Shown here: one piece after another, positions 41,473-52,382 of the stretch
How positions within the stretch are numbered: the stretch's first letter is position 1
Layout: each line of letters opens with the position of its first letter
Source of the DNA: Escherichia phage UPEC01
Strand: one strand, 5' to 3'
Sequence record: MW233709
Length of the DNA: 64,000 bases
The notes under the pieces: generated by a model
The model's database searches: none
What the model was told of the DNA's origin: nothing
What the model saw: only the letters and a program-made list of their open reading frames with translations
Translations under genes and position numbers: made by a program

Positions 41473-43014
41473 ATGATTTTAGATATTTTAAATGAAATTG
41501 CTGCAACCGATTCTACTAAAGAGAAACAAGCTATTCTGGAATCGTATTCTGATAATGAAACCCTTAAACGCGTGTATCGTTTGACATATTCCAAAGGCAT
41601 CCAGTTCTATATCAAGAAATGGCCAAAACCTGGGGCAACGTCTCAAAGCTTTGGCATGTTGAATATCGATGATATGCTTGACTTTATCGAATTCACATTA
41701 GCCGCGCGTAAATTAACAGGTAATGCTGCAATCGAGGAATTATCTGGCTATATTGCTGATGGTAAAAAAGCAGATGTTGAAGTCCTGCGCCGTGTGATGA
41801 TGCGTGACCTGGAATGTGGTGCATCCGTATCGATTGCGAATAAAGTTTGGAAAGGTTTAATTCCTGAGCAGCCACAGATGCTCGCTTCTTCTTATGATGA
41901 AGCAGGTATTGCCAAGAACATTAAGTTCCCGGCCTTTGCACAATTGAAAGCCGATGGCGCCAGGTGTTTTGCAGAAGTTCGTGGCGATGAGTTGGATGAT
42001 GTTCGATTGCTATCCCGAGCTGGTAACGAATACCTTAAGCTTGACCTCCTTAAAAAGGAATTGATTGAAGCTACCCGTGAAGCGCGTGAGAGACATCCTG
42101 AGGGCGTTTTAATTGATGGCGAGTTAGTATACCATGAACAGAAAGTAGCTCCCCAGAATGACGGTTTGGGCTTCCTTTTTGACGATATGCCTGAGCTTAG
42201 CAAAGCAAAAGAATTTGCAGAATTTGCAGAATCAAGAACCTTTTCAAATGGGCTGGCAAACAAATCATTGAAAGGAACTATTTCTGCAACAGAAGCTTCT
42301 TGCATGAAATTTCAGGTTTGGGATTATGTTCCACTGATTGAAGTCTATTCTGATGTTAAGATTCTCAATCCATTGAAATATGATGTGCGTTTTTCTGTTC
42401 TGGAAAAAATGATTGCAGATAACGTGGTGCTGCATGGTTTCGACCGCATGATTCTGATTGAAAACCATGTTGTTAACAATCTCGATGAAGCGAAGGTTAT
42501 CTATAAGAAATATGTGGATGAAGGCCTTGAAGGTATTATCCTTAAGAACATGGCATCGATTTGGGAAAACAAGCGCTCAAAGAACTTGTACAAGTTCAAA
42601 GAAGTAATTGACATTGCAATGGAAATCATTGGATATTACGAGCACGATAAAGACCCGAATAAGATTGGCGGTGTTGTGCTTCGTTCTTCTTGTGGTAAGA
42701 TTACAAATAACTGTGGTTCTGGCTTTAAAGACACAACTCAAGTTAAAGATAAGAAAACCAAAAAATGGGTTACTATTCCGATTGAGGAGCGTCATGAAAT
42801 GGACCGTGAAGCCTTGATGGTTAAAGCTCGTAAAGGTGAATTGGTTGGAATGATTGCCGACTGTGAATGTAATGGTTGGTTGACTTCCGAGACTCGTAAA
42901 GATAATACGGTTGCATTGTTCCTGCCGATTATCAAAGGGTTCCGTTTCGATAAAGACCATGCAGACACATTCGAAGATGTATTTGGCGACTGGGCAAAGA
43001 CCGGGTTAAAATAA
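41473..43014 (+). CDS. 30: ATP-dependent DNA ligase gp30
   Basis: ATG at 41473 after AAGAGG RBS; KADGAR adenylation motif and long stretches identical to T4 ligase. Confidence 0.95.
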   Translation: MILDILNEIAATDSTKEKQAILESYSDNETLKRVYRLTYSKGIQFYIKKWPKPGATSQSFGMLNIDDMLDFIEFTLAARKLTGNAAIEELSGYIADGKKADVEVLRRVMMRDLECGASVSIANKVWKGLIPEQPQMLASSYDEAGIAKNIKFPAFAQLKADGARCFAEVRGDELDDVRLLSRAGNEYLKLDLLKKELIEATREARERHPEGVLIDGELVYHEQKVAPQNDGLGFLFDDMPELSKAKEFAEFAESRTFSNGLANKSLKGTISATEASCMKFQVWDYVPLIEVYSDVKILNPLKYDVRFSVLEKMIADNVVLHGFDRMILIENHVVNNLDEAKVIYKKYVDEGLEGIILKNMASIWENKRSKNLYKFKEVIDIAMEIIGYYEHDKDPNKIGGVVLRSSCGKITNNCGSGFKDTTQVKDKKTKKWVTIPIEERHEMDREALMVKARKGELVGMIADCECNGWLTSETRKDNTVALFLPIIKGFRFDKDHADTFEDVFGDWAKTGLK

Positions 43015-43017
43015 CAA

Positions 43018-43038
43018 AAGGGCTTCGGCCCTTTTTTA
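43018..43038 (+). terminator. intrinsic terminator after gene 30
   Basis: AAGGGC-TTCG-GCCCTT plus T-run. Confidence 0.7.
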
Positions 43039-43039
43039 G

Positions 43040-43047
43040 TATAAATA
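43040..43047 (+). promoter_or_regulatory. late promoter for alt
   Basis: TATAAATA 26 nt upstream of alt start; consistent with Alt being a virion protein. Confidence 0.6.
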
Positions 43048-43072
43048 CATCATATTTTATAAGGAACCTATT

Positions 43073-45133
43073 ATGTCTGAACAATTAAATGAACTCTTTG
43101 ACAAATATATCGAAGCCTTCGGTTATCCTGTCATTAATATGAACCCAAAATACAAGGTCCCACAGGTTTGGCAATTCGGTGTTCCTGGGACAAATTCTCT
43201 TATGGCTCGTTTGATGCAATTCACGGGCAAAGAAACGGTTAAACAATATAAACGCGGTGATGCGATTGCCGAGGTATTTCTGTTATCCGGGACTTCACAT
43301 GGCCATGCTATTCCTCTGAAGGGTGGTCTAGGTGAAAAACCTCTTGACGCGATTAACCTGATTTTTGTTACAGTCTGGGAAAGCATTAAACTAGGTAAAC
43401 CTGATGTAGTCTTGTTCCGTTTCCCATCCAAAAAGATGAAAGGACAAGACCAAGCTGTTATTCGTATTATGAATCGACTGATTCAAATGAAAACCAGCGG
43501 ACGTTATCATGTTCTTCCGAATGCTTCTGGCCTCGGTAAAAAGAACGCTTATGTAATTATGTACAAAAAGGGTGTTGACCTGCTTTCGGTTGATGGTATG
43601 CCACCAGTCCCTGAGAAATATCAAAAAGTTGAAACTAAAGTTGGCGATGTATTCACCAATAAAGATACAGGCGCGCAAGTCTCCAAACAAGAAATCGCAG
43701 CCGAAGTTCTGATTAACGCAGCAAACAAAAAGACCGACGCAGCTGTTGCCCAGAAAACTAAAATCAGTCGCCGAGCTATTGCACAAGCCCAGTACGCACC
43801 AAGTGATTCCGTGCCAGAAGGTTGGGACGAAATTGATGCAGAAGCTGCTAAGTTTAGTCGACCGGCTACGGCAGAACTTATCGATGATTATGAAGAACTG
43901 GAAATTTTTGTTCGACCTTCCGAAACGAATACTATGGCTCGTATGCGCGCCGCGGATACGGCTATGCGAGCAAATGGTGTTTGGAAAGAAGAAATTCGTG
44001 TTGAAGACTCTGACCCAATTTTTAACCGTATGCATCGTGAACTTAAACGTGCCCCAGTTGGTAGCATGAAGCAGATGCAGATTTTTGCCGAATCATGCGC
44101 AGAGATTCTTAACCTTCGCAAAGCCGCATTTATCGAAAGAAAAATGAATGATGCTCCTCCTAACCTGGATGCAGCCACTTATGCAGCCTCGCTCTGGGAA
44201 AAAGAATACACAAGCGCCATTCGTGTTGCAGTTAAAGACTTTGCCGAAGAAGCATCAGAAAATACTCTTAATTTCACAGCAGGGTATACTGACAACCGTT
44301 TCCATTATGGCCAGCGAGAAGCAATTGCAGATTATTGTGGAGCAAACTATGCCGATATTAATAATTATTTGATGGGCAAATATTATGAAGAAGAAGCTGA
44401 ATTCCTAAATCTAGACAGAGTTGTCGAAACAATTAAGGAATTGGATTCGGCCTTTGAAATTGGACATAAGTTGCCGCCTAATACAACTCTTTGGCGTGGT
44501 CAATATTTAAATGTTCCTACATTTGATAAAATTAAGCAATCGAAATTATTTTATTTCAGGAACTATGTATCAACGTCGTTTAAACCGATTATCTTTGGTG
44601 GTTGGGTGGCGAACGTTGCTATGGCTGCAGTTCATCAGGACTATCGTGATGGGACATCTTTCCAGGCTGATGACGAAATTGTTTTACCAGATATGCCGGA
44701 TGCACGCCGCGACCACGTAATGATGCATGTTGGTTGGAAAATTTCTGGGGCGGACTTAATTAACGTAATTGTTCCTGGGGAATTGTCAAGCAACCCGTCC
44801 GAGCAGGAAGTTATTCTTCCTCGTGGGACTGTAGTTAAGATTACCAAAATTACTGATGCTTCGTATCAAGGAAACGCGAACGTCAAAATGCTGGAAGCTG
44901 ATATCCAGACTACGGACCAACTGGATGAAAATGCAGTTATCTATGATGGCGATGTGTTGATGGAAACTGGTGAGCTTGTCGTTTATCAGGGCGAGGAAAC
45001 AGAAGAGCCAGTAGAATCTGTTGACTTTGCATCGTTTGCATCCTCTGGTGTAACGAAGAAAGTCAATCAAGGTCTTGGTATTCTTGCTAGTTGTATTAAT
45101 TTGGAAGCTATTCCTCCTAAATTCCTTTCGTAG
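43073..45133 (+). CDS. alt: ADP-ribosyltransferase Alt (virion-injected)
   Basis: 686 aa; ART catalytic triad elements LWRGQ (Arg), YVSTSF (STS), EQEVILP (Glu); N-terminal L-x-E prohead-protease-type site; late promoter upstream; position between 30 and 54. Confidence 0.75.
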   Translation: MSEQLNELFDKYIEAFGYPVINMNPKYKVPQVWQFGVPGTNSLMARLMQFTGKETVKQYKRGDAIAEVFLLSGTSHGHAIPLKGGLGEKPLDAINLIFVTVWESIKLGKPDVVLFRFPSKKMKGQDQAVIRIMNRLIQMKTSGRYHVLPNASGLGKKNAYVIMYKKGVDLLSVDGMPPVPEKYQKVETKVGDVFTNKDTGAQVSKQEIAAEVLINAANKKTDAAVAQKTKISRRAIAQAQYAPSDSVPEGWDEIDAEAAKFSRPATAELIDDYEELEIFVRPSETNTMARMRAADTAMRANGVWKEEIRVEDSDPIFNRMHRELKRAPVGSMKQMQIFAESCAEILNLRKAAFIERKMNDAPPNLDAATYAASLWEKEYTSAIRVAVKDFAEEASENTLNFTAGYTDNRFHYGQREAIADYCGANYADINNYLMGKYYEEEAEFLNLDRVVETIKELDSAFEIGHKLPPNTTLWRGQYLNVPTFDKIKQSKLFYFRNYVSTSFKPIIFGGWVANVAMAAVHQDYRDGTSFQADDEIVLPDMPDARRDHVMMHVGWKISGADLINVIVPGELSSNPSEQEVILPRGTVVKITKITDASYQGNANVKMLEADIQTTDQLDENAVIYDGDVLMETGELVVYQGEETEEPVESVDFASFASSGVTKKVNQGLGILASCINLEAIPPKFLS

Positions 45134-45135
45134 GG

Positions 45136-45165
45136 GTTTACAAGCACAAGGAAGTGCGATACAAT
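45136..45165 (+). promoter_or_regulatory. early promoter
   Basis: GTTTACA, 17-bp spacer, TACAAT. Confidence 0.55.
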
Positions 45166-45196
45166 GTTCATATCAATTGCACATGAGGAAAACAAA

Positions 45197-45487
45197 ATGA
45201 AATCATCTTTTCGCTTTAATGGTCAGGAACTGGTAGTTGAGAATGTTATCCCGGCTTCAGAAGAGTTTGACAGCGCGGTGGGTAATGAACTGCGGCGTGT
45301 GTTTGGCGAAGATAAGAAGTTTGACCTTCGCCCTGTTGAAAACTTTGTAAATTCTGAACAAACAGAAAATATTTTTAATGGTGTAGTAACTGGGCAACTT
45401 GAATCTGAAGCACCAATTGCAATTACAGTCTTTGCTAAGAAAGAAGTTGTAATGACTGCAGCAGGTTTCATTTCATTCCGCAAATAA
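45197..45487 (+). CDS. hypothetical protein (96 aa)
   Basis: ATG after GAGGAAAACAAA RBS and early promoter 45136-45165. Confidence 0.45.
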   Translation: MKSSFRFNGQELVVENVIPASEEFDSAVGNELRRVFGEDKKFDLRPVENFVNSEQTENIFNGVVTGQLESEAPIAITVFAKKEVVMTAAGFISFRK

Positions 45488-45516
45488 AAAAGGGACCTTC
45501 GGGTCCCTTTCTTTTT
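45485..45516. terminator. bidirectional intrinsic terminator
   Basis: AGGGACC-TTCG-GGTCCCT flanked by A-run and T-run, between convergent 45197 ORF and gene 54. Confidence 0.7.
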
Positions 45517-46474
45517 ATAATATACGTTGACTTCCACCAGAGACTGTTCTCCCAGAACCAGTGAACGTATTGTACAGACTTGTTAATCCAGATTGAGCAC
45601 CAGACAAGCGGCTCAATCTGGCAACTTCTGAGTTCAAGTTGTTATCTGAACTAATACCAGATACACCTTTAATAACCTTATCTTCCAACCATTCCAATGC
45701 CGCAGCTCTTCCCACCGCACCAGTTGACATAACGCGATAAGCAAAAGTCACATCAAATGTAGCTATCTGATTATCCCCTTCATAACTCAATTCAGGTGCA
45801 GATACACTTACAGGAACACAACCAGTTAACATAACAACCGTATGCGGTAACCCATTACGCGAATGAAGGTTAACCTGAATATCAGCTTCAACGTCTTCAG
45901 GCAAGGCCCTTAGCTGGGTAACTGGGTCCTGTACAGAGTTGACCCAATCGTTAAATGCTCTAAAGTTCCCTGCCTCTGAATCCATTCTAAAGCTCAATAC
46001 CAACGGAGAATATTCTCTCCCGGTTATCTTGATATTTGGTGCATTATGGTTAAGGTCCATTTCGTAGTTCAATGTGTTATCCGGAAGCTTAACAGAGTGA
46101 ACTAATAGACCAGCCGTTGGATAAGCCATATTAAAGAAATCAAGCAGGTAAGTACCAACCTCAAATTCCCCTAGTAACGATTGCACAACACGGTTACTCA
46201 TTGCCCCGATAAGATATTTGCTTATCCCTGATTTGCGAATAAGCTTTTGTGTCCCGGCAGTAACAAGAGTTGTTATCCCCTGAGTTAAGTCACCTTGTGT
46301 TAATCCGAACCAATCTGAGTTAACAGGAAGGTTACTGAATAATGCGCCACCGAACTGGTCCAGAAGATTCTGAGATTTGGAGGAAGGCGTGGTCGCGAAG
46401 ACCACACTAAAAAGGTTATTCCTCTGCAAGTCGATATTAATCGCTTGTGTTTGAAATTCTTGTAAAGTAAACAT
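45515..46474 (-). CDS. 54: baseplate tail tube initiator gp54
   Basis: 319 aa; order 51-27-28-29-48-54 and sizes match T4. Confidence 0.8.
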   Translation of the reverse strand: MFTLQEFQTQAINIDLQRNNLFSVVFATTPSSKSQNLLDQFGGALFSNLPVNSDWFGLTQGDLTQGITTLVTAGTQKLIRKSGISKYLIGAMSNRVVQSLLGEFEVGTYLLDFFNMAYPTAGLLVHSVKLPDNTLNYEMDLNHNAPNIKITGREYSPLVLSFRMDSEAGNFRAFNDWVNSVQDPVTQLRALPEDVEADIQVNLHSRNGLPHTVVMLTGCVPVSVSAPELSYEGDNQIATFDVTFAYRVMSTGAVGRAAALEWLEDKVIKGVSGISSDNNLNSEVARLSRLSGAQSGLTSLYNTFTGSGRTVSGGSQRIL

Positions 46475-47568
46475 TAGAAACCTTCCGCATATAGTGAGCC
46501 ACGGTTAAGCGTAATGATTTCACGGAAAGTGATTTCAAGTACAAAAGTCGATGGCAGGTTAGGAGCAATAGCTAATCCACCGAAATGACCATCCGGAGAT
46601 TTATCGAATCTTATGCTCTGAATCTGACATGGCCCAAATAGCTCCCCACGGCCATCGTACGAGCTTGTATCACCGAAGTTGCGGATATACCAGATAGTAG
46701 GGTTAGAGACCACCAGAACGTTCGTTAGGAAGCTTGTTATCTCTTCACCGAGCAACTTGCCGTCAAAGTTATCGATTGCTTCCTTTTTGAAGGTGGATTT
46801 ATACCATGTATCGATTTTATCTTTCAGCTCGGAAGCAAACGAACTTTTACCGGTTTCCCCATAGGAGTAATAGTTAAAAATCTCGTATATCTTCACTATC
46901 TGGATTAAGTCCTGGGCCGAACGTGGAGTCATTTCCCAGGTGTAAACTTTTGTCCTGTTATCAGGACCAGCATACATGCTTCGCGCGGTTGTGTAAATCT
47001 GTTCGCCGTGGTCGGCCATTACACCATTTGTAACTGATTCGAGGGCGCCGAAAACTGCAGTCGATGCGATGTTACTAAGAATACCTGTAGCTGAGCCGCC
47101 ACCTTTCGTAATAAGAGATTCACCAACATCGTTGAATCGGTGCGATACGGATTCTACATCAGACTTCGAACGAGGCAACAGGATATTTGCAACAGCGTTT
47201 GAATCAAAACTTTTACCTGTTGAGCCAGCGCCGGTTAATTTCGATTTAGCAAAAGATGTTAAACTTTTAACCGGGTTAAATGAAGCACCATTGGAAACTT
47301 TCTTTAATGAAGTCAATTGGCTTGACCTGTCTGAGCGTAATTCCGGAGATGTTCTTGAACTGAAATTGTATGCCGTGAATAACAGACCATTTTTATAAAG
47401 GTCATTAACTCGCATATCATCTGAAGAATCATTACCGGAAGCTCGTTCTGCTGGATATTGCGCCACAATAGTAGCTTGAGTCTGGGCAGCTTTTGACTGC
47501 CCAGCGGAGGTCTTAGAACCTCCGTTAAATAAACCCGCAATATCAATATCGAGTTCTTTTACTTTCAT
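46474..47568 (-). CDS. 48: baseplate tail tube cap gp48
   Basis: 364 aa, identical size to T4 gp48; synteny. Confidence 0.8.
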   Translation of the reverse strand: MKVKELDIDIAGLFNGGSKTSAGQSKAAQTQATIVAQYPAERASGNDSSDDMRVNDLYKNGLLFTAYNFSSRTSPELRSDRSSQLTSLKKVSNGASFNPVKSLTSFAKSKLTGAGSTGKSFDSNAVANILLPRSKSDVESVSHRFNDVGESLITKGGGSATGILSNIASTAVFGALESVTNGVMADHGEQIYTTARSMYAGPDNRTKVYTWEMTPRSAQDLIQIVKIYEIFNYYSYGETGKSSFASELKDKIDTWYKSTFKKEAIDNFDGKLLGEEITSFLTNVLVVSNPTIWYIRNFGDTSSYDGRGELFGPCQIQSIRFDKSPDGHFGGLAIAPNLPSTFVLEITFREIITLNRGSLYAEGF

Positions 47569-47576
47569 GTTATTCC

Positions 47577-49322
47577 TTAGTTAATTCTCGTGGCCTGTCT
47601 CATGCCAGGGGCAGGGGTTGAACTTTGAGGAGGCATATTGTATTGCGTCCTGGAAGTCTTCTGAATATTATTGACCGTGTTAATTTGTGCCTGAGCTGGT
47701 ACATCCTTGTATTTATTTTCTTTGGCCTTCATGCCTTCGTCAACCTTCGCAGCTTGTTGTGCATCCGGAGAAGTCTTAACATCCGGCGGTTTAACTTTCG
47801 GTTCGTCTTTGAACTTCTCGAGAGACTTATCAAGTTTTTCCAACAGGGCGCGCATATTCAGGTCTTTCGGAGCCCCACCTTTTGCCATAGCTGGGTCAGC
47901 TAATTGTTTTTCAATTTTAGCTCTCATTTCCATCGCATTCTTTTTATCGGTTGCGTCTGGCTTCATTAGGTTGTCAGCAGTTTGGGTCAAACGAATAATA
48001 TCAGCCTGTGCTTTGTCACGCTTCTTGAAATAGTCCAGACGTTCTTCTTCTGGAAGGTCTCTGAAGCTTGTGTCAATACCACCCGCGCGAAGCTGGTCAG
48101 CTTGTTCCTTGGTAAGGTTACCATATTTTTCGGCTTGATTAATTAGTTCAGGTTTATCCTTATACTTCTTATTCATCTTCTCTGCAGCTTCCATTGCTTC
48201 GGCCGAACGTTTGTCATGATATTTTGCTATCTTGGTTTGGTCTTCATCATCCAGAGTTGCCCCTGTATTTTGCTGATAAGACATCAAAGCTGAGGCTTCC
48301 ACATTATCTGCTAAATCGCCCATCCCAGGGATTTTGCTTAAGATAGCTGAAATCAGTTTCGAAATACCAAGCATAAGAAGTTGAGCCATGTTCTTCGTTA
48401 AGTTGACCATTCCGCGAATAATCGCTTCGGCTAATCCTAACCAGTTCCTTTCACTAAACATCGCTTCGGCGTTCTTAGCCCAAGTCATTAGTCCTTCAAG
48501 CAACGGTCCCCATTCTTTGAACTTATCATTAAATTCGGCCCAGCCTTTTTCGAATTGCTTCATGAAATATTGGAAGTAAACTCGTATTGCATCGATACCG
48601 AATACCAACAACAATAATCCACCAATAAGCTTGGCTGCTTCGGCTGCTGCCGTAATTGTATATTTGAATAGCATCCCGGAGATTCGGTCAGCTACAGAAA
48701 TCGATGCCTTAAATCCTTTTTCGGTTATCTTCGAAAGGGTATCAAGCTTATCACCAAGTGACCAGGTATTAGTCTCTTTACCTTCTGCATCGTTTTTTGG
48801 CTGTTCTGGTTCCGGAATGAAGTCTGCATCGGGCTTTTTTTCTTCTGGCGGTATGAGCGCTGGAACGCTCGCTGTGGGCTTATTCTCTTCAGGCTCTGGT
48901 AGTGCATCCTCCACAGGTTTAAGGCTTTCAGAACCAGCCACAGGAGACGTGACGCCTATTTTACCGCTTATCATTGCACTGAGTTTGTCGAGCTTATCCG
49001 AGAGAATATCCGTGAGGTTTTTAATCCCTTGTTGAGTCTTCTCGGTGGCTTCGGCCGTTAGTTCGACCCCAGCACTGATATCCTGGAGGACCCCATTGTT
49101 GGTCTGGATATTCTCAATAATCTGATTACCCTTATCCTCAATAGCTTCCGATACAAGTTCGGTTGCAGCTTGAGTATTTGTAAGAGTTGTATTCAGATTC
49201 GATAATTCATCATTCTGTTCAGCAGAGAGGGCTTCCGCCCTCCTTTGTGGTGCTAATTCTTCGATAAGCTTTTTATTAGGTCCACCGCGTCTGAAGCTCG
49301 TTTGTTCGGAGTTTTTATTCAT
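47577..49322 (-). CDS. 29: tail length tape-measure protein gp29
   Basis: 581 aa, extended helical, Ala/Lys/Glu-rich; T4 gp29 590 aa; synteny. Confidence 0.75.
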   Translation of the reverse strand: MNKNSEQTSFRRGGPNKKLIEELAPQRRAEALSAEQNDELSNLNTTLTNTQAATELVSEAIEDKGNQIIENIQTNNGVLQDISAGVELTAEATEKTQQGIKNLTDILSDKLDKLSAMISGKIGVTSPVAGSESLKPVEDALPEPEENKPTASVPALIPPEEKKPDADFIPEPEQPKNDAEGKETNTWSLGDKLDTLSKITEKGFKASISVADRISGMLFKYTITAAAEAAKLIGGLLLLVFGIDAIRVYFQYFMKQFEKGWAEFNDKFKEWGPLLEGLMTWAKNAEAMFSERNWLGLAEAIIRGMVNLTKNMAQLLMLGISKLISAILSKIPGMGDLADNVEASALMSYQQNTGATLDDEDQTKIAKYHDKRSAEAMEAAEKMNKKYKDKPELINQAEKYGNLTKEQADQLRAGGIDTSFRDLPEEERLDYFKKRDKAQADIIRLTQTADNLMKPDATDKKNAMEMRAKIEKQLADPAMAKGGAPKDLNMRALLEKLDKSLEKFKDEPKVKPPDVKTSPDAQQAAKVDEGMKAKENKYKDVPAQAQINTVNNIQKTSRTQYNMPPQSSTPAPGMRQATRIN

Positions 49323-49833
49323 TTAGGAGTTCCATTATTTTCAGTAACCCCTTAACAGGACCATTCGGGCCCGGGATTGCTAATGTGCTTGTTATATCGT
49401 CTGCCCACTTAGCAACAAAAGCAGGCATATCCAGAAAGTCTGGAACATCTTCCCCGAGATAAAGGGTCTCCAGGAGATTGTCAACTGGTCCGAATTCTTC
49501 ATACGGTTTATTGGAGCGGAATTTAAATGTCTTTCCTTGATAAGAGAATTCAAGGCGCTGACAGATATAAACATCATCCAGCTTATATGTAAACCCATCA
49601 ATCTCACGTTTGTCTTTTAGCTTACCATTAAATTCCAGAAGATGTAAAGATACAAAGTCGGATTCGGCTGCTGTAAGATTAGGGAATATCGATTGCATAA
49701 TCTTTCTTAATGCAACATAAGGATTAGGTTCGTTTTTAATCAGATTGTGATGCTTGAGTCCAAGCTTGGGAACGTGAATCTCTTTATCACCCAGCTGTAT
49801 TTTCTTCGTCGGCAGAATCAGTTTTAAGTTCAT
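49315..49833 (-). CDS. 28: baseplate hub distal subunit gp28
   Basis: Start at ATG 49833 with GAAGG RBS (172 aa; T4 gp28 177 aa); overlaps 3-prime end of gene 27. Confidence 0.6.
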   Translation of the reverse strand: MNLKLILPTKKIQLGDKEIHVPKLGLKHHNLIKNEPNPYVALRKIMQSIFPNLTAAESDFVSLHLLEFNGKLKDKREIDGFTYKLDDVYICQRLEFSYQGKTFKFRSNKPYEEFGPVDNLLETLYLGEDVPDFLDMPAFVAKWADDITSTLAIPGPNGPVKGLLKIMELLNE

Positions 49834-50956
49834 TTTTAACCTTCGGTGGTTCTTCAACTTCGATAGGCTTACCATTGGTAAACATATAGAGGTTTGTAAT
49901 TGATGTATTGTTACTCACTTCATGAATAACTTCGTCTACGTAAAAATCATATTTGAATTGGTTCTTAGGGTCAAAGAAATTTATCTTATCACCCGGGGTC
50001 AGTTCAAAGTTCCCGTATGTTTTGCAATGTGCGTAACCGTCATATTGTGACATGGTTATTAATCGCTGAGCTTCCTCGAAACCATTTCGGTATGTGTAAT
50101 CTGCATAGCCCCCGGAACGAGATACCAGAATACTGTTTTGTCCTTCCCCAAAAGTTATTCTGGTTGCGTTCTTATCAAGGAATGAATGCGCATACACGGT
50201 TGCGTTTTCATATGGTTTTCTTGTATGTTGGTTCGCCTTTGTTAACCATTCAAAATCGAAGGCTAAAGGAGTAGTCAGGTTTTGTACAAATTGCCCAACC
50301 AATCGAGGTTCCCCCACCACAAAATTAATTGGCTCTTGTGATGTTAGCCATTCATAATCCTGGATACTTATTCCATCAATATCTTCCCATACAAAAACAA
50401 ATTTATCAGTTTCTACCGACAGGCCAACTTCCCTTATGAATTCCATATATTGGTTCATCGAATCACACCATGGAACGTTAGGAGCATAAACGTTTATGCC
50501 GTTTATTGGTGGGGAAAGTAATGGTCTATCTTGATAAATTACCCCGGTCATTTCGACTAATGTTTCCTGTACGCTCGGGTAAAACATACGACTAAATTTC
50601 AAGTCTTCAATTTCGTGAATAGGAGCCAGCTGAATTGTAATTATGTTATCACCCTTTGAATCCACGGAAACAGCAAAGTGTTTACTTCCATATATTCTGG
50701 ATTGGGTTCGGTCGGAGTTAGCATTCTTAACAGAAATCTGAATAACCTGTTCACCATTCATTTTTGTATGCAGGTTTTTCGTATCATAGAATTGCAAGAG
50801 CCCCTCGTTTCTTCCATAAAGGGAATCACGCATGGTTAACGTTGTAAAGGTGGCAGCTAGTTCCACAAAACGGTGTTCAAGCCATGCATCATAATCTTCG
50901 TAAAGGCGGATGCTGATATTAGGAAAGCCTTCACGCTGCATAGATTTAACTGTCAT
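49787..50956 (-). CDS. 27: baseplate hub subunit gp27
   Basis: 389 aa; [44 protein letters not shown] matches T4 gp27. Confidence 0.8.
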   Translation of the reverse strand: MTVKSMQREGFPNISIRLYEDYDAWLEHRFVELAATFTTLTMRDSLYGRNEGLLQFYDTKNLHTKMNGEQVIQISVKNANSDRTQSRIYGSKHFAVSVDSKGDNIITIQLAPIHEIEDLKFSRMFYPSVQETLVEMTGVIYQDRPLLSPPINGINVYAPNVPWCDSMNQYMEFIREVGLSVETDKFVFVWEDIDGISIQDYEWLTSQEPINFVVGEPRLVGQFVQNLTTPLAFDFEWLTKANQHTRKPYENATVYAHSFLDKNATRITFGEGQNSILVSRSGGYADYTYRNGFEEAQRLITMSQYDGYAHCKTYGNFELTPGDKINFFDPKNQFKYDFYVDEVIHEVSNNTSITNLYMFTNGKPIEVEEPPKVKNELKTDSADEENTAG

Positions 50957-51705
50957 TTTTTCAAGTCCTTCTCAACTAGTGATAAAGCAATACCTCGTTC
51001 AATAGGAATCATATGCATGATGCTATCTAGCGAATATTGATTCTTTACCAGCAAGTGGTTAATTTGATAAAATATAAAGACTTCATCCGGGTTAAGGATA
51101 AGCTTAAAGACGTCAAGCAGGTCAGTATATTCGGTTTTGTGCTTTTCACAACAGCCATATGTAAATGGAAGATAAACCGAATGCATTTTCTTAAGGAGTG
51201 CTTCGAGGCTCTCTATATCAATTGCATCGATAACCTGCATCTTTGTTTCTTCAGGGAGGTCTTCCCAATTGTATTTTTGTTCCGAGTCTTCGACGGTCTG
51301 GATGGTATTCAATACAAGCTCTGACTTATCTTTATATTCCACTTCAGGGAACTTAAACTGTATTTTTATCCCGGCGGTTTCCATCGTTGGATTTACTAAT
51401 GGACCCTGATTCATGTTAAACAAAGTCTGCTTTGTCTTTTTACATTTTTGACATTCAAACGCTACCGGGACTTTTGTCTTACCGATAGAGGAAGTGAATA
51501 CCTTCAGGAATATGTAAGGCCTCCATGCTTTTGGATATTCTCCAAAATAATCTTCCAACAGTTCGTCTAATAATTGTTTTTGTTCTTCGACGGGTTTGTT
51601 GTTCATGTCGTTTCGCACAAGCAGTAAATCACGGTAATCAGCGACTGTAAACGGTTTGAAACGATGAACTCCGTCTGGCATTTCACATCTTACGATATTG
51701 GCCAT
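50953..51705 (-). CDS. 51: baseplate hub assembly catalyst gp51
   Basis: 250 aa (T4 gp51 249 aa); synteny; late promoter upstream. Confidence 0.7.
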   Translation of the reverse strand: MANIVRCEMPDGVHRFKPFTVADYRDLLLVRNDMNNKPVEEQKQLLDELLEDYFGEYPKAWRPYIFLKVFTSSIGKTKVPVAFECQKCKKTKQTLFNMNQGPLVNPTMETAGIKIQFKFPEVEYKDKSELVLNTIQTVEDSEQKYNWEDLPEETKMQVIDAIDIESLEALLKKMHSVYLPFTYGCCEKHKTEYTDLLDVFKLILNPDEVFIFYQINHLLVKNQYSLDSIMHMIPIERGIALSLVEKDLKK

Positions 51706-51729
51706 AGAATCCCCTTTTATCTTTATTGA

Positions 51730-51741
51730 TATTTATAAATA
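51730..51741. promoter_or_regulatory. overlapping divergent late promoters (genes 51 and 26)
   Basis: Palindrome TATTTATAAATA gives TATAAATA on both strands between divergent genes 51 and 26. Confidence 0.6.
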
Positions 51742-51758
51742 CAGTAAAGGAGCAAATT

Positions 51759-52382
51759 ATGACTTATGAATTTATTGTCCAAATTAAAAATAAAACTATA
51801 AATTGTAGGGCTTTTACCTTGCGCGAATACAAAGATTTGCTTCAGGCAAAATTAGAAAAGCGTATGGAACCTGCAATAATTGAACTGCTTAATAAATGCA
51901 CTGATGCTAAAGGGCTAAACAAACAGGAAGCCGAGCTGCTTCTTATTAATCTCTGGGCAAATAGTCTCGGAGCTGTTAACGTCGAGCATACATGGGTATG
52001 TGAGTGCGGAAAGGAACAAGATATTCCTGTGACTATAAGTCGCGCAAACATCGTGGATGAGTCTGAAGTTATTCGTGATTTCGGGGCGTTTAAAATTAAA
52101 TTCCGTTATCCTGGGCTATTTGAAGACGGTGATAAAGGAAAAATGATTGCTTGCTGTATCGAATATATTATCACGGAAGGCGGTGAGCGCATCGTTGTTG
52201 ATGACTTAAATGAAGCCGAAATCGAGGACCTGTACAATGCAATTACCCTCGATGATATAAATGCACTAACAGAAGAACTTCTCAAGCCACAGGTCCAAAT
52301 GGCTATTCCTATCTCTTGCGAGTGTGGAGCACATTCTGTCCATGTAATTAAGGGGCTTAAAGAATTCTTTAAGTTTATGTAA
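51759..52382 (+). CDS. 26: baseplate hub subunit gp26
   Basis: ATG at 51759 after AAAGGAG RBS (207 aa; T4 gp26 208 aa); divergent from gene 51. Confidence 0.7.
   Translation: MTYEFIVQIKNKTINCRAFTLREYKDLLQAKLEKRMEPAIIELLNKCTDAKGLNKQEAELLLINLWANSLGAVNVEHTWVCECGKEQDIPVTISRANIVDESEVIRDFGAFKIKFRYPGLFEDGDKGKMIACCIEYIITEGGERIVVDDLNEAEIEDLYNAITLDDINALTEELLKPQVQMAIPISCECGAHSVHVIKGLKEFFKFM

Noticed and set aside
43391-44035. 214-aa - strand ORF inside alt, and similar antisense ORFs inside gene 52, gp34, gp29, pseT and the HAD-like gene
   Set aside because: Each overlaps a well-supported gene on the opposite strand and lacks translation signals.
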